64,000 bases of DNA, from contig SXSI01000049.1 in NCBI GenBank assembly GCA_005792285.1, positions 19,589 through 83,588 of the forward strand, written 5' to 3'. Positions 63,629 through 64,000 of the stretch are shown piece after piece (the first letter of the stretch is position 1; each line of letters opens with the position of its first letter). Origin of the DNA: Bacteroidota bacterium (lineage in GTDB: Bacteria; Bacteroidota; Ignavibacteria; UBA10030; UBA8401). Made by a program: the position numbers and the translations under genes. The notes under the pieces are model-generated. The model was not told where the DNA came from, did no database searches, and saw nothing but the letters and a program-made list of their open reading frames with translations.

Positions 63629-64000
63629 ATGGAAGATTGGGCTAAAATAAATTATTTAAGAGATAAGCCCGCTTTTATTATCGCAATTATTATTTGTATT
63701 GGTGTAACTATTGCAAATATATTTCCACAAATAATATTTTGGATAGGTGCCACACTAATTCTACTGTTTCTACTTTTAATAAATATTATCTTTACAAAAA
63801 ATAAATTATTTACAAGTTTACTTTTATTATTTCTATTAATGAGTGGAGCAGGAACAAGGCATTCACTTGAAAAAAGTTTCTTCCCAGAAAACCATATTTC
63901 TAATTATTTACAACTGAACAGGGAAGTAAAAATAATCGGGGAAATTATTAATGACCCGATAGAAAAAAAATATAATTATTCATATTTAGTTAATATTAAA
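63629..64000 (+). CDS. ComEC/Rec2-family N-terminal membrane domain protein, 3'-truncated at the window edge
   Basis: The frame is open to nt 64000. N-terminal TM helices resemble the ComEC DUF4131 region. Confidence 0.4.
   Translation, partial: MEDWAKINYLRDKPAFIIAIIICIGVTIANIFPQIIFWIGATLILLFLLLINIIFTKNKLFTSLLLLFLLMSGAGTRHSLEKSFFPENHISNYLQLNREVKIIGEIINDPIEKKYNYSYLVNIK

Noticed and set aside
1-64000. Search for CRISPR arrays, tRNA/tmRNA genes, IS elements, integrases and toxin-antitoxin or restriction-modification defence genes
   Set aside because: No regularly spaced direct repeats, no tRNA-like GTTCGA T-loop contexts in intergenic DNA, and no transposase, integrase, nuclease or methylase motifs were seen. 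PglZ occurs only as the PorX effector domain, not in a BREX context.

Overview
This is a low-GC (about 30%) bacterial chromosomal window with the gene content of the FCB group (Bacteroidota or Ignavibacteriota-like). The phylum call is inference only. There is no evidence of mobile elements, CRISPR arrays, tRNA or rRNA genes. Content from 5' to 3':

(1) A type IX secretion (T9SS) neighbourhood. A 5'-truncated C25 peptidase with a T9SS C-terminal sorting domain (CTD) is followed 7 nt later by a 390-aa PorV-like barrel protein (porU-porV pair). Next comes a CTD cargo protein with FG-GAP repeats and an apparently HExxH-less M6-like domain. It is translationally coupled to a HEFTH metallopeptidase / TolB-propeller / beta-rich protein, followed by an exported hypothetical. 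Convergent lptF-lptG permeases lie on the other strand. A 2233-aa SprA/Sov-like giant protein is followed directly by a PorX-like response regulator (receiver + PglZ).

(2) Housekeeping genes: tsaE, tsaB, accD, an arginase interrupted by an in-frame TGA, a GlmU-N-domain-only nucleotidyltransferase, rsfS and argS.

(3) A roughly 17-kb surface-polysaccharide locus: RmlC-like cupin, rfbB, Wza, Wzz, Wzy/ligase, Wzx, an FkbM methyltransferase, several GT2/GT4 glycosyltransferases, wecB, a WbaP-like phosphoglycosyltransferase, and a GT2 fused to a degenerate phosphoglycosyltransferase tail. It is followed by accA, a Trm112-like gene, nadC and a second flippase.

(4) Two related cobalamin riboswitches, each ending in an intrinsic terminator. 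The first fronts an intact 174-aa polytopic membrane protein. The second fronts internally deleted and stop-interrupted remnants of a btuB-like TonB-dependent receptor and a BtuG-like beta-propeller.

(5) A tightly coupled four-gene operon: an FAD oxidoreductase, a paralog with a degenerate FAD motif, a phosphohexomutase homolog lacking both catalytic motifs, and a PAP2 phosphatase.

(6) An smpB-tyrS-pdaD operon (pyruvoyl-dependent arginine decarboxylase) on the minus strand, then guaA, an LpoA-like TPR+PBP1 protein, radC, mazG, prmC, dtd and a 3'-truncated ComEC-like gene.

All calls rest on motif recognition by eye; no database search was possible.
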